This document shows positions 53,001 to 62,319 of a DNA stretch of 64,000 bases, in pieces. The stretch is from contig CM060733.1 in assembly GCA_030704615.1 (NCBI GenBank), forward strand, positions 15,686,001-15,750,000, read 5' to 3'. The position numbers were made by a program, and so were the translations under genes. The stretch's first letter is position 1. Each line of letters starts with the position of its first letter. Under the pieces are notes generated by a model. That model did no database searches. It saw only the letters and a list, made by a program, of their open reading frames with translations, and was not told the DNA's origin. The stretch is from Takakia lepidozioides (Eukaryota; Plantae; Bryophyta).

Positions 53001-56000
53001 GTCAGCCACCAACATTGAGACCCTCCCTTCCGCCAACTAACATAGTTCCCAGATCAAGAGAAAAACAATCTTGTCTAGCATTTCCTCACCTGAATTTCCT
53101 GTAATGTTGGCGAGCTCCTGAATCAACGATGACTTTCCTGCTCCCAAAGGGCCTTCCAGAAGCACAGGATGACGTTGGCTCAGCGCCAAGACCACCGCCT
53201 CCAGGTTCTTTTTCACCGTTGGCGTCAGAACCAGCAACTTACTTGGAAATGGAAGCTCTCTACAAACAAAGAGTGGCCAGTCAATTAAGAAGTGCCACAA
53301 GCTAATGACTAAACTCGGTAATGGAGAGTCACAGCAAACAGAAGGAAGTCCCAAAGACTAGTAAACAACTCAGTACAGGTCAGTGCACCTTCAACAACAA
53401 ATTCAATACATTGTTAACTAGTACTACCATTCACCAACACCAAGACTGAAAATGGCAAATCTGGAGACTTTGTTGCAAATCAGCATGACACCCATTTCCA
53501 TCTGATTGGTTCCAAGACATGGACAATCCACAAGCTACAACAATCATAACACAAACTTCATGCAGAATCCAATGACAATCATCCTTCTACAAGGAGGGAT
53601 GGCAGGGCTGAACTGCAGATACTTGAAACGTCTTTCAGCATTCATTGTCAATCATTCTTCCCAAAAAATAATCATCTCGATGTGTACCTATCATGGAATG
53701 AGCCCCTCATCAACCGCAGATAGGGACAAAGGGAATTCGAAGCCATTGGTGATGCCATACCTGCCGTCTCGTAAATCTTGGCGGACAGGAAGTTCAATCC
53801 CAAATATTTCAACATGTGAAAATTTAGTGCCTTCATCACTCTTCCACTTCACCGCTGTTTGATACTCACCCAGGAAGCTCGAATCCCCCTTTTCTTCCAC
53901 TCTGTCCAACACTGAGGTTCCCAGTCCAAGTGTAGAATCAAGGTACATGCCTGCTTTTTCTACAGCTATATCCTGACAACAAGACTCCCACCGTAGCCGA
54001 CAAGCGAAAGCCGCCTCCTCGGTCAAATTTGAGACAGTGGAGCTCAGGGCCCATGTCGCAGCATCGCTCATATTGAAATAAAGCACAACAACTTGGATGG
54101 CACACCATCGAACATCTGAGCTGATTTGTGTTGTCAAATCTTCCTCCATAGAAATGGGCGTCCATTGCAACAGATCAAGGAATGGGCTCCAATCCCAGAG
54201 CTCCCGGAATATCTTTGGCTCAAGTTGCAAGAACCGGTATGATGCCCGTACCACATCAAGCAGAAGCAAAGCACTCTGAGAAGGAAATTAAACCACCAAT
54301 TTCAGATGTATACAAAGAAACTTGTCAAGATTAGAGAAGAAACAAACCCTATGTGGTTCACACTAGAGCCAAGCCACCATCCCTACATACAAGGACAATG
54401 CCATTAAAACTCGATGCAGGGCACTTTCCTGCAGGTTTAATCATCCCAAATAGCCAGCCATCACCGTTCATCCAGTAACCACCCCTGCAGTGCAGAGTTC
54501 ACATGGGCCTATGCGAATATATATCAGCACCCCTAAAAGTGTTTGAACCTCTATGCTTAAACCTGGGGCTAAAAAAAATAATAGACTTGTTGCCCAGAAG
54601 TCTCTTGATCAGTTTATTAGGAGTGATCCCTGATTATATTAAACCCTGGGTATGGTGAGGACCAGAATATGTGGTGGCAAGGAGATGAGGTGGCAGAAGC
54701 ATCCAGAAAACATTAATAGTCATATGTAGCACAAACTAGTTCAAATTCCTTAGAGGCAGCAATTCATTGAGAGGATTTTGCATATCTACCTTACGTGAAG
54801 CCCCAGGCTTTTGAACACCACTAAGCAGCAAACGCTCGAATGGGGGAGGTGCAAAAGTAAAGTATTGCAACAAGGAGCTGATGACCCACAAACAAAGGCA
54901 CAAACATAGCAATGTCAATACTCCACTTAAACCTTAAATTGGCTACTCTTAGAGGTTTAACCAAAGAGATAGAGTAGATGTTAGTAGACTACAAGAACCA
55001 CACAAACTCATCGTAGCCAAACATTGGTAGACAGCTTATGCTCTAGTTGTACATCCTATTCTCCCAACAAACGAAGGACCCGCCAATTGACCAATGTCAA
55101 AATATTTGGAACCTTCCCCATTGTCAAGTAGCTACCTAAAACAAAAGCAACCCAACAATGATCCATTCTACAAATGGCTGAATATAACACTTTCAAAAAC
55201 CAAACCAAAGTGCAATTCCCACCCAACTACGTCAAAAATCTAGGACTCCTAAGAAACTTGTGTAGCAAGTATAGTCAAACCAATCGAGATTGAGGTATAC
55301 CTTAGCAAGTAGGGTGCCAGCTCCAATATGAGACTGAATGCAATAACTGCATATTCATGTATTGTCAAATCCCACCCACCCATTGATGGCCTTGTCACAG
55401 ATCCCAAGTGAAGTTGTGTCAAAGAGGTCAACATCCCAGATCCATCTGCAGACGTAGTTCTTCCTTGCCTCCATAGCTGCCGAAGAGACTGCACCAAGTT
55501 GTCCACCAAGCGGGAAAGACGGGGTCGAAAGCAGCCAACCGTGGCTACTGTGAGGCCCGGGCGCACAAGCAACTCTTGGACCACCTCCAGCACGTCAATC
55601 TCTTTCACTGCATCACCCTGGTGGCCAACCACATGGAGAACACCAGATGAGTTGTCAAAACATCTGACAATTTGTGTCCAGCTCTCCCTTTTGATCATTT
55701 CACACTTCGAATAGGTGCACAATTCAATTGGTCTTCATTTGGAATCCCCTTTCTGCATTCCTCACCAAGACGTTGGGAAGCCTCAGAGTCGATTGAATAA
55801 TCTTCAGATTGAAAAGGCAGATGCTTTAATTATGTCATTAGCATAGAATTTTCTGAGTATGCTGCTTGCATAAACTGGAGACAGATAAACAGATGAGAGA
55901 ACCACGCTCAAAACCTGCTAATCCTTACCAGAGGCATTGAGCTATTAAGATAAGAAGACTAGGCCACTTACGCTCTCAAGGCACTCCATCTTCAAAACGC

Positions 56001-57073
56001 CATTTAAGCATGTTAATAGTTTCTTCATTTGATGCATTCTAGGGTGTTTGTGAACGTCTTGAAGTTTCCCTCTCTAATTCCCCTGCCCTGTTTACTAAAA
56101 CGCAGGGGAACTTACTGGCGTCTTACACATTCCTCTTGGCAGAGTAGAATGTGGTTGGCACCATCCTTGCATCAGGTAATCCGTCTGTCTACAATGGTTG
56201 GGTTTTCTCTTTATTTTCAAACTCGGTTGTTCTCACGTGGGCTCTCCGGACCACTCGTGGCCATAATAATTTGTAAATCTCCCTCTCACCAGTCTAATTA
56301 AAATCTCCTCTGGAGCTTTCTTTAGACCATAAGTATCCTGTACAAGCCACCAATTGTCTTCTTCCTCTCATTTCAACTGGGTGCGCCCCACTCCAACACG
56401 AGACCTGTGCCTCCCACCGATTCCATTTCGGGGCGACAACAGACTATGGAAAAGTCCACTCAATTACTACCGGTTGGCAAATCAAGTTGCCAATAAGCGG
56501 GTACCGCTTCACATGCAAAACTTCCTAACACTGCGTAAGGACTTTCGTTGCATCCACTTACTACTTTTACACCATGCAAATGTACTCAGGAATGTGCCGA
56601 GTCTGAGAAATTCTTCAGTGTGGATTGTTATGCGCAGATACTAACACTAGTAACACTAGTGGCAGAGCATGCTTAAGTGAATAAACCTTCCCTGGAAAAC
56701 AGGGAGCCCCTTGTGAGCTCGGACACATTGTTTCAAAATCAAGGAGACTAGAAATCAAGCGCTTGCAGCTTGCAGACTCCACAATCAGAGCCCAACGTAG
56801 TGTAGCTGAAAGATTGGACTCTCAAGATTGGACTCTCTCTCTCTCTCTCTCTCAAACCTTCTTGGTTTCTCTCTGGAGTTAACGCAGCTACCGGACCCCT
56901 GGGGAATTCATATCATTTTCCTTTACATTCTGTACACTGACTTTGGATTGTGGAGAATTCAATTACACCTGAGAAAGAAGGGCGGAAACAGATGGATCAC
57001 TCCTCAGAGACGGGTTCCGAGCAATCAATCTTTCGAATGCAGCGCGGAAATCGAACGCTTTCAACTCCTCCAT
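6438..57073 (-). CDS. MDN1: Midasin (MDN1/Rea1) AAA+ ATPase for 60S ribosome biogenesis; full multi-exon gene span
   Basis: Six Walker A motifs in order: GPLGAGKS (~53140), GETGTGKT (~48110), GPTSSGKT (~45070), GETGCGKT (~43565), GSPGVGKT (~39105), GPPASGKT (~36880). Then a long linker, D/E-rich region, MIDAS motif DDSRSMS (~7955) and the C-terminus LPRTLADLLRQ|WFELMQQTS*. Splice phases were checked by eye for a subset of exons only. Confidence 0.96.
7779..8060 (-). CDS. MDN1: MDN1 exon with the VWA/MIDAS motif
   Basis: VIPYVASQFRKDKIWLRRTKASKRQYQVVLAIDDSRSMSESHCG, bounded by AG/GT. Confidence 0.9.
8397..9047 (-). CDS. MDN1: MDN1 exon preceding the VWA domain
   Basis: LSQELAEQLRLILEPTLAAKLQGDYRSGKRINMKK, with a GT donor at 8396. 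Confidence 0.88.
9394..10457 (-). CDS. MDN1: MDN1 D/E-rich region exon
   Basis: Acidic ORF with LPDDLNLDG and DANPYRSLGDALKKWKER, bounded by AG/GT. Confidence 0.88.
10612..11250 (-). mobile_element. Head-to-tail stack of ~5 truncated 3' ends of LINE family A (RTE/RTEX-like)
   Basis: Repeated gaatgtactcataagac(a/g)ttgtttgccgtagccttgtggcc units near 10613, 10664, 10721, 10802 and 10882; the longest runs to ~11250. Confidence 0.85.
12140..12345 (-). mobile_element. Ty3/Gypsy integrase C-terminal relic (GPY/F module)
   Basis: Translation DLVLLYDSRFQKFPGKLKMRWLGPYRVIEAFPNGSMQL. No LTRs seen. Confidence 0.8.
12541..13029 (-). mobile_element. LINE family A 3' fragment (~490 bp) with TSD
   Basis: Encodes a CPLCGQPEDIHFLIHC zinc-knuckle C-terminus ending ANNVL. 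Flanked by actcacatcaga / actcagatcaga (12-bp TSD, 1 mismatch). Confidence 0.85.
13143..13275 (-). mobile_element. tRNA-derived SINE-like element with structured 3' module
   Basis: Minus strand TAGCCCAGTGG (A-box-like) ... GGTTCTAAACC (B-box-like), then GGTGTCCACCTTCC-CATC-GGAAGGCAGTA. Homologs at 52.7, 59.9 and 61.9 kb. Confidence 0.65.
13437..13840 (-). mobile_element. Two diverged LINE family A fragments in tandem
   Basis: gaatgtactca...gccgtagccttgtggcc tails near 13437 and 13767; translation PLFTNFQKLDAEVKA. Confidence 0.75.
14098..14577 (-). mobile_element. LINE family A fragment nested in the 3' UTR of a family B copy (14020-14630)
   Basis: ORF CGQPEDSVHFLRHC...ANNVL*. Family B 3' UTR sequence resumes on the other side (gaaagagaggggccacaagcagccc). 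Confidence 0.85.
14672..15680 (-). mobile_element. Chain of LINE family B (14672-14980), family A (14990-15315) and family B (15328-15680) fragments
   Basis: Family B tail (TTTCA)n with AAGCTC-NNN-GAGCTT hairpin and EIETEEHFFFY motif; family A tail at 14990. Confidence 0.8.
15108..15191 (-). other. 84-bp GC-rich structured insertion inside a family A copy, TTA duplication
   Basis: Interrupts tatgactta|ccttggaacag (intact at 12654-12672), with TTA at 15105-15107 and 15192-15194. Folds like the SINE 3' module. Confidence 0.75.
15717..17045 (-). mobile_element. 5'-truncated non-LTR retrotransposon family B (RTE/RTEX-like), RT C-terminal half plus CCHC domain
   Basis: LLYADDVALLA ... GMQVNLSKTKIMVF ... 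YRYLGL RT motifs and RFRVGSHNLWIETGRW...RLC...EIETEEHFFFYC C-terminus. A 1-nt deletion near 15955 (vs the copy at 17351) shifts the frame. (TTTCA)n tail. Confidence 0.92.
17062..17685 (-). mobile_element. LINE family B 3' fragments (young copy 17062-17531 plus older tails)
   Basis: Near-identical to 15790-16130 over ~330 bp, with the same 3' UTR and tail. Confidence 0.88.
19541..20150 (-). mobile_element. Stack of LINE family B 3' fragments
   Basis: Repeated gaaatgaaatgaaatggtgctttataacgtccgcggaaagctc units near 19545, 19590, 19886 and 20061. Confidence 0.85.
28280..28311. repeat. (ATCCTCC)4 minisatellite in an MDN1 intron
   Basis: atcctccatcctccatcctccatcctccatcct read directly. Confidence 0.8.
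32988..33033 (-). mobile_element. 46-bp LINE family A tail with perfect 16-bp TSD
   Basis: cagctgtagtgttaga at 32972-32987 and 33034-33049 flanks ttgtactcataagacgttgtttgccgtagccttgtggccattgacc. Confidence 0.92.
34033..35703 (-). CDS. MDN1: MDN1 large exon (end of AAA6, start of linker)
   Basis: VLDRLNPLLEPGG...HPNFRLFLTVDPSHGEVSRAMRNRGVE, bounded by AG/GT. Confidence 0.9.
35968..36070 (-). mobile_element. Degraded LINE family B 3' tail
   Basis: aaatgaaacgatactttataatgtccacggagagtccaaaagagctatggga matches the family B tail. Confidence 0.65.
36278..37230 (-). CDS. MDN1: MDN1 exon containing AAA6 Walker A/B
   Basis: ILVGPPASGKTSL and WVVLDNANFCNPT. Confidence 0.9.
39200..39700 (-). mobile_element. 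Old LINE fragment, family C (distant relative of B)
   Basis: Frameshifted KICPICALEEV..EQHF..CPAYFEIRGRYYCL..KCLAAHL parallels the family B C-terminus but has a different 3' UTR. Confidence 0.65.
41950..42345 (+). mobile_element. Diverged LINE family B 3' fragment, antisense to MDN1
   Basis: QIESEEHFLFDSPLYYEIH followed by a family B-like 3' UTR. Confidence 0.75.
44347..45193 (-). CDS. MDN1: MDN1 exon encoding AAA3
   Basis: PVLLQGPTSSGKTS, WIVLDELNLA, LSRAFRNRF. Confidence 0.93.
45478..46523 (-). CDS. MDN1: MDN1 exon encoding the AAA2 C-terminal part
   Basis: FSFVEGVLIKAIREGRWLLLDEVNLA, HPNFRIFGCMNPATDVGK. Confidence 0.92.
46622..47055. repeat. ~430-bp polypyrimidine tract: (CT)n grading into C-rich degenerate sequence
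   Basis: Almost exclusively C/T with occasional G; pure (CT)n at ~46994-47052; intronic. Confidence 0.9.
47347..47537. repeat. Degenerate ~100-bp tandem duplication
   Basis: aatactt..gcaaa(a)ccaa...ccttgcttgagtactt...gggaat occurs twice, from ~47347 and ~47449. Confidence 0.6.
48860..49395 (+). mobile_element. LINE family B tails (48860-48980 and 49272-49393), antisense to MDN1
   Basis: cataagctctttgagct...ttataaagcaccatttcatttcatttc and a second similar tail. Confidence 0.75.
50604..50745 (+). mobile_element. LINE family B 3' fragment with 11-bp TSD
   Basis: tctcttcacag at 50593-50603 and 50746-50756 flanks a family B 3' UTR and (TTTCA)n tail. Confidence 0.88.
52600..52810 (+). mobile_element. 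SINE-like element with structured 3' module and CT-rich tail
   Basis: GGTGTCCA-CCTTCC-AAAC-GGAATG-CAGTA-GCCC-TTCG-GGAT-GAA-GTGACACC at 52694-52745. The 5' boundary is uncertain. Confidence 0.6.
53090..53259 (-). CDS. MDN1: MDN1 exon with AAA1 Walker A
   Basis: PVLLEGPLGAGKSSLI, bounded by AG/GT. Confidence 0.9.
56969..57073 (-). CDS. MDN1: MDN1 first coding exon (MEELKAFDFRAAFERLIARNPSLRSDPSVSALLSQ)
   Basis: 35 codons ending CAG|GT, joining in phase 0 to the exon at 55617 (GDAVKEID). Resembles my recollection of the plant MDN1 N-terminus. Absent from the ORF track. Confidence 0.78.
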
Positions 57074-57274
57074 ATCCACCTTGGCTCTCCCTTCTGGCCT
57101 TCCTCAGCCCCTCAGAACATTGGTATAAAAATTCCACCGTGACATAATCCTCATGCGAGAAACCGCACCTGCAAGTCAAATCTGAGGCAGGTTCAGAGAT
57201 TCACAGACTGGGAGAGAGCTGTGGTCCTAGTTACTAGAGACTTCTCGGGTGGTGCAGGGTTTAAGACGACCCAT

Positions 57275-57288
57275 AAACCCTAACCCTA
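57275..57288. promoter_or_regulatory. Telo-box (AAACCCTAA) upstream of MDN1
   Basis: aaaccctaacccta ~200 bp upstream of the ATG. Telo-boxes are enriched in plant ribosome-biogenesis gene promoters and 5' UTRs. Confidence 0.65.
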
Positions 57289-57746
57289 GCCGAGCCAAAT
57301 ATTAGATGGATGAAAACATGGTCCCTCAAGAGCTTTAAGCAACAGTTCAAGAGTTACTCTACATTGGAAATCTGTAAATTTGCTTAAATTTTTAATTTTG
57401 TCACTCCCCTGTTCTCTTTGAAGCAGAGAGATCAAATAGTCATGGACCAACTCCACTATTCCTCTTCTAAAAGTTAGAAGCCTTTGGCCCTGTGCCACAG
57501 CTTATTTTCTCTGGAAGAAGGTGTGCTGAATATAACATTCTCTACAGAAAGCTGCCACAATTTATTTGAAACTGTTGGTATATGCGAGCAAGAAAAATTT
57601 AACTAGTCTCGGGTCCATGAACTCCATGCAAACTCACACACGACACAACAACTTAGTCTTCCTGAGCGAGAGGGCTTCTTCAGGACTGTGAAGGACTGTG
57701 AACAAAATGTACAACTGTTTTCAGGCTATACACTGACATATTGGCT

Positions 57747-58190
57747 TCACCAACGGACGCGACCGTAACAAAAATACCAGGCTAGTCTGGTTCTCTTTGC
57801 CTTCATTCGAAGGGGAAGCAAGTGGTGGAGAGAGTAATTTATGCAAAGATAGTCTATCTCCAGTGGATTATATGCACTCAATGCTTGAATACTCTTTGGG
57901 AAATTGGGTGCAGGCAGATCAAGCAAGATCGGTATTGGGGTTAGCTCAAAATTCTTCTTCCGCGTACAATTTTCATAGTTTTTGGCAAAGGCAGCTTTGC
58001 GTTGTCTGCGCAATTCAGCCTCCTCCTTTGCAAACTGCACGATTTCTTCATCGTGTGCACGTTTGGATTCTTCAACCATCTTAGTCATCTCCTCATTTGT
58101 CAATGTGATGCTTCCTCTAGAGGCTCTGTACTCATCCTCCCACGATTTCCTTATGCTCTGCACCTCAGCATGCGTCAACAGCACAGCCAT
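57747..58190 (-). CDS. Hypothetical 147-aa protein with a charged helical N-half
   Basis: ATG at 58190 lies just after a tttactgcag acceptor; upstream GTAAGC donor at 58751 and TATATAAA at 58947-58954. No recognisable domain. Confidence 0.4.
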   Translation of the reverse strand: MAVLLTHAEVQSIRKSWEDEYRASRGSITLTNEEMTKMVEESKRAHDEEIVQFAKEEAELRRQRKAAFAKNYENCTRKKNFELTPIPILLDLPAPNFPKSIQALSAYNPLEIDYLCINYSLHHLLPLRMKAKRTRLAWYFCYGRVRW

Positions 58191-59849
58191 GTATCTGCAG
58201 TAAATTATAGTCCTCCTTCTGAACAAGGCTCACCTGCATATCCCATCGAAAGACTTTAATTAGGTGTTGAAATGAGACATCTCTGGCCACTTATGGACTA
58301 GCATGGCTGGAAAGTGACAAAGCGATGATAATTAACTTCATATCTATCATCTTCATGACTGTATTATAATGCCCAGTATTATGCAAGGGCCGTAATTGCA
58401 AGACATGCAGATCAGATCGTATAATCAGGAATCTATTTGCTCGCAAACTAGAAAACTACAGTGCATACTATATGTTTTGCCCAGACAGTCAAGAAAGTTC
58501 TGATCTAGAGGAAAGGTGTGAGTATGTGAATGAGCTAGGAGTAGTACAGCTACTTGTACATGATCATCATTATAGAGTTGCAGTCAACAGCAATCCAAAT
58601 CTACTGCAGGTAAAGTTGTTAAGTTGATATCAAAACTAGATGCCAAATCATCCTTGCAGTGATCATGCATGGGGGAGCACAATTGTGTTGAGAGAAACTA
58701 CCTTTCAAGCGGTTAAATCCTCCGCTATCGATCAGTTTGACCCACGCTTACTGTAGGTGAACGAAGACAAGCTGGACTGTGAGACCAATGCCTCTAGTAT
58801 GCAGGTGTGTAAGATGAGCACCATGAGAGACCTCGTGAGAGTCTGACCTGAGCTTGCTGCTCCCGCAAGAGCAGCGTAAAGAGCTCGCTTGGGTAAGTCG
58901 AGCGCCAAGCAGGGAGCCTTTGGCAGCAGCATGAACTGGGAGCAGGTTTATATATTCTTTGTTAAGAAGTCTCGAGATAAGATGACCTCCTCTCGAAGAC
59001 GAGAGCGAGCGCTACAGCGCCTCGAGCGGATCGGATCCCCGTATCTCGGCCATGCGAATATTGCCATCACTATATTTGTAATATGCAGCCCTCACGGTGT
59101 CATTTATCAAACGCATTGCAAGTCTCTGATAGCGATGGTTTCTTTTTATGTGGTTTTCGACCATGGGAGGTACATCATTGCGCTCCTTGGTCCATGTACC
59201 TGTGATCATGTCACAGGTACATGTCACAGGTACATCCAAGTTTAGAAACTGCTCGTTAGAAAGATATGATTAAGTGGCAACTGTGGGCCCATTCCTGACC
59301 CCACTTTTTGGGGGCTGAGAATGCGGGATTTGTGAAGGAGTAAAAGGAACCCTATAGCAACGTCCATCACTACACCTACCACCACCAAGCCTTTCACCAT
59401 TATCCACTGTAAATCCGCTCATTTGATGGTGGGTCAAAGTCAAAACGTTTTCCTGTCCTTCTTTTTCTTTTTTTTTCTTTTTTTTGGGCAACAGGGGACC
59501 GGACAGGGACTTTTTATTTTATTTTTTATGAGAAACAGGGGACAGAGGCCCTGTAAAATTTTATTGATAAAATCGAGGAAAAAATAACCTCTGAGAAACA
59601 ACACCATGAGGATGAGAAAGGGAACACTGCCCCTGACCAAAAACCAAGAACGCTGCTGGAGCTATGGATGAGTAGGACCGCAGCAAAGGTAAGCTAGAAA
59701 CTAGAGTCTAGCGCCTAGAGGAGTCAAAGGAAAGGTGGGCTTTTGATTTGCCCTGCCTAAGGCTTCTAAGAAAACCACCAAATTTTATAAATAAGGAGGG
59801 AAAGGATAAAAACCCTCAAAAGAGCTGTGGAGGCAAGACGTTTTTGGTG

Positions 59850-60010
59850 TATGTTATGGTAAAGGCATATACCCTCTTATGAGTGGTTGTGGGTTCAAAC
59901 CACCCTGTTGGTTGTTACAAACGTGTCCACCTTCCTACCTGAAGGCAGGAGCCTTTCTTGGTCAAGTGACACCATAAGTTACGCCTCCTTCGGAATCGCG
60001 TCCACCTTTG
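59850..60010 (+). mobile_element. tRNA-derived SINE-like element with structured 3' module
   Basis: B-box-like GGTTCAAACC (~59892) followed by gtgtccaccttcc...gaaggcaggagcc...aagtgacaccataagttacgcc. Confidence 0.6.
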
Positions 60011-60040
60011 GTATATGTTATCAACAAACTGCTATCGAAT

Positions 60041-60880
60041 GGCTGAGGACTACGCTTACCCAACGAGCTTAAGGCAAGCATTGTGGGCCCGGTGGCCGGA
60101 GCTCCCGTAGGCTCCCAGAGACTGCCAATCAAATCTCATCCCCCATTTGGAAGGTGGGGAGCACTCCACACTTCCTATTCCCCTCGTGCTCCCCACCGTT
60201 AGGACCATGTTCCCAAACATTCTTCAATTTTGCTCCCCTATTCTCGATCCCCGATACCTGCTCCCCATAGTGGGACTGGAGAGCGAGGAGATGAGCGGAG
60301 CAAGCCGCGTTCCAGGGGGGCGAGGAGGGGAGCAGGGACCGGGAACAGGGGAGCAAGCCGCGTTCCACATGGCGAGGGCGAGCGGGGACTAGGAAGGAAC
60401 AAGGGAGCAAGTCGCGTTCCATAGGGCAAGGAATGGAGCATGGACCAAGAACAAGGGAGCGAGGACAAGGGACAGGGATAGAGAAGCGGGACTTGGAACA
60501 AGGAGGGGAGCATGGAAGCAGACATTTGGAACAAGGACCGGAGGGGGGATCTTAGACTTGGAATTATTTTGGAGATGAAAAAGTACATTAATTAGTTGTA
60601 TATGCAGCCAATCACTCAATGTTTTGATAGCCTTGAATTGAATCTCAAACCTTGTCACTGTAATGCATGTCACCTAATCACCACTTCTTGCCGAACTTTC
60701 ATTTTGTAAGGTTTTATTCTACAATACAGGGCTAGCATGTGAGAGGAGGGGGGGGGGGGTTGGGGATTTGATAGCACGCCCTGCCGGAACCTCTCCGGTA
60801 CGCCATCCGTGGCTACCATAGGGGCAAGGCTCCCACGCTTGCATTCAACTCATTGGGTCGTTATAGTCGAAGTCTTCTCC
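60041..60880. mobile_element. Non-autonomous Mutator-like element/MITE (840 bp) with 9-bp TSD
   Basis: Termini GGCTGAGGACTACGCTTACCCAACGAG ... AGTCTTCTCC (imperfect TIRs, GG..CC). Flanks ctatcgaat / gtatcgaat. Internal ~54-bp repeats containing gagcaagccgcgttcca. Confidence 0.75.
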
Positions 60881-60940
60881 GTATCGAATTACTTTTTCTA
60901 TTGTTTTTTCCTGGGTTTTGTCAATATGTACCCAAGTCAC

Positions 60941-61472
60941 TCAAAAAAACAAGCCACAAACCGGGAGAGGCTCTATCCATTGAAGCAACAATTTTGACAA
61001 GTTGCCACGCGGTTTATACATAAGAATTTTTTTAGACCAATCATACTCTTGACACGGTGTAAGGTCTGTTGACCACATTTTCTCCATTGACTTCAACATG
61101 ATGCAAAATCTCTCCCCCCAAGGGACAAAGCCAATAAAATCATCCAAAGAGGTAGGGCATCTAGCAGCTATTGCATGCTTTAAGAAGGTGGCTATTGCAT
61201 GGTGGGGCTCCATGTGCCAAGAGTTGGCAAAGGAGGTTCTAGAATAGAGGGAGGGAGGCTGTTGTAGAGGTGCAGTGGGAGTCGGCGGCGAGGTCAACCT
61301 GGCAGCCAGGCTATAGCGCAAGAGTGAGCGTGAGTAGACTTCATTCAAGAATCCGCAGGGTGGAAGCGGCAAGGGGTTGGCGGCAAGCCGCGGCATGATG
61401 CACCAAAGTTAGCGAGCTGCAAAGGGGTTGGTAGCAGGGCAACAACAAAGGATCCACCTTGATTGGCGACCA
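60941..61472 (-). pseudogene. Degraded F-box/kelch-associated (FBA-like) fragment
   Basis: Frame-disrupted VANQGGSFVV..NPFAAR*LW..MPRL, EVYS and FVPWGERFCIM...MWSTDL resemble plant F-box C-terminal repeats. Weak, by-eye similarity. Confidence 0.3.
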
Positions 61473-61860
61473 TGTCTTTTAGGTGCTGCTCTCTACATTA
61501 TCCTTGTCTCTCAATGGCCCAATGACGAATTTCATGGCTTGGTTGAATTTTTATTTTGTGAATGTGTCATTTGGGAAGTATTGTTTGAAGTTTCATTGTA
61601 GAGTTGGATTTGGTAATCTCAACCTGATGATCTTTCAAGCATCAAGATGTCACTTTTCTTTTCTTTTTTCTTTTTTACTTTTTTTTAAAAGGAAACCTGG
61701 GAGCAGCAGCCCACAATTCAGGCTCTTGAGGAGAAGGAAAAATTAACCCCCTTTCATTTATGGGCCATGAGGCCTACAGGACGACCAACGCCCAGATAGC
61801 TACCAGCCAATGTGCATCACTTGTTATCATACAAATTTTATGAGGACGGACAATTTATAT

Positions 61861-62010
61861 GTGGACCAAGTGGGAATGGGCACATACCACTTTGGAAATG
61901 GTTGTGGGTTCAATCGATTGGTGTCGCAAAGGTGTCCACCTTCCGGTAGAAAGGTAGTAGCCCTTCGGCATCAAATGACACCATTATTTCCGCTTCCTTG
62001 TCGAGGCGTT
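61861..62010 (+). mobile_element. tRNA-derived SINE-like element with structured 3' module
   Basis: TGGACCAAGTGG (A-box-like), GGGTTCAATC (B-box-like), module at 61931-61982, followed by (TA)n(TG)n. Confidence 0.6.
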
Positions 62011-62319
62011 ATATATTATATATATGTGTGTGTGTGTGTAGCTAAATTTTTAGTATGTGGCACTACCTGCATTCAATGTTGAATTTTTTGCTCAAAATTA
62101 CATCTTCCTTTATGGTGCCGAATGGCTCTACACCAATTTTATACAGAATTGGAGTGAATGCTTATCTGAGCTGGTCACCACCCTCCTTCCAATTTTCAGT
62201 ATTTTCTGAATGCTTCTCCTTTGCATGTCCTGACTAGGAAGGTAGGTCAATTGGGACTTCCAATTTCTGGGCAGCCCAAAATGTTCCTCAAAAAATGATG
62301 AATTGAGTTGTTTTCTTTT

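Noticed and set aside
59012-59245. 75-aa minus-strand ORF and overlapping 118-aa plus-strand ORF as genes
   Set aside because: Non-ATG starts, no recognisable motifs, and overlap with a palindrome and the putative promoter.
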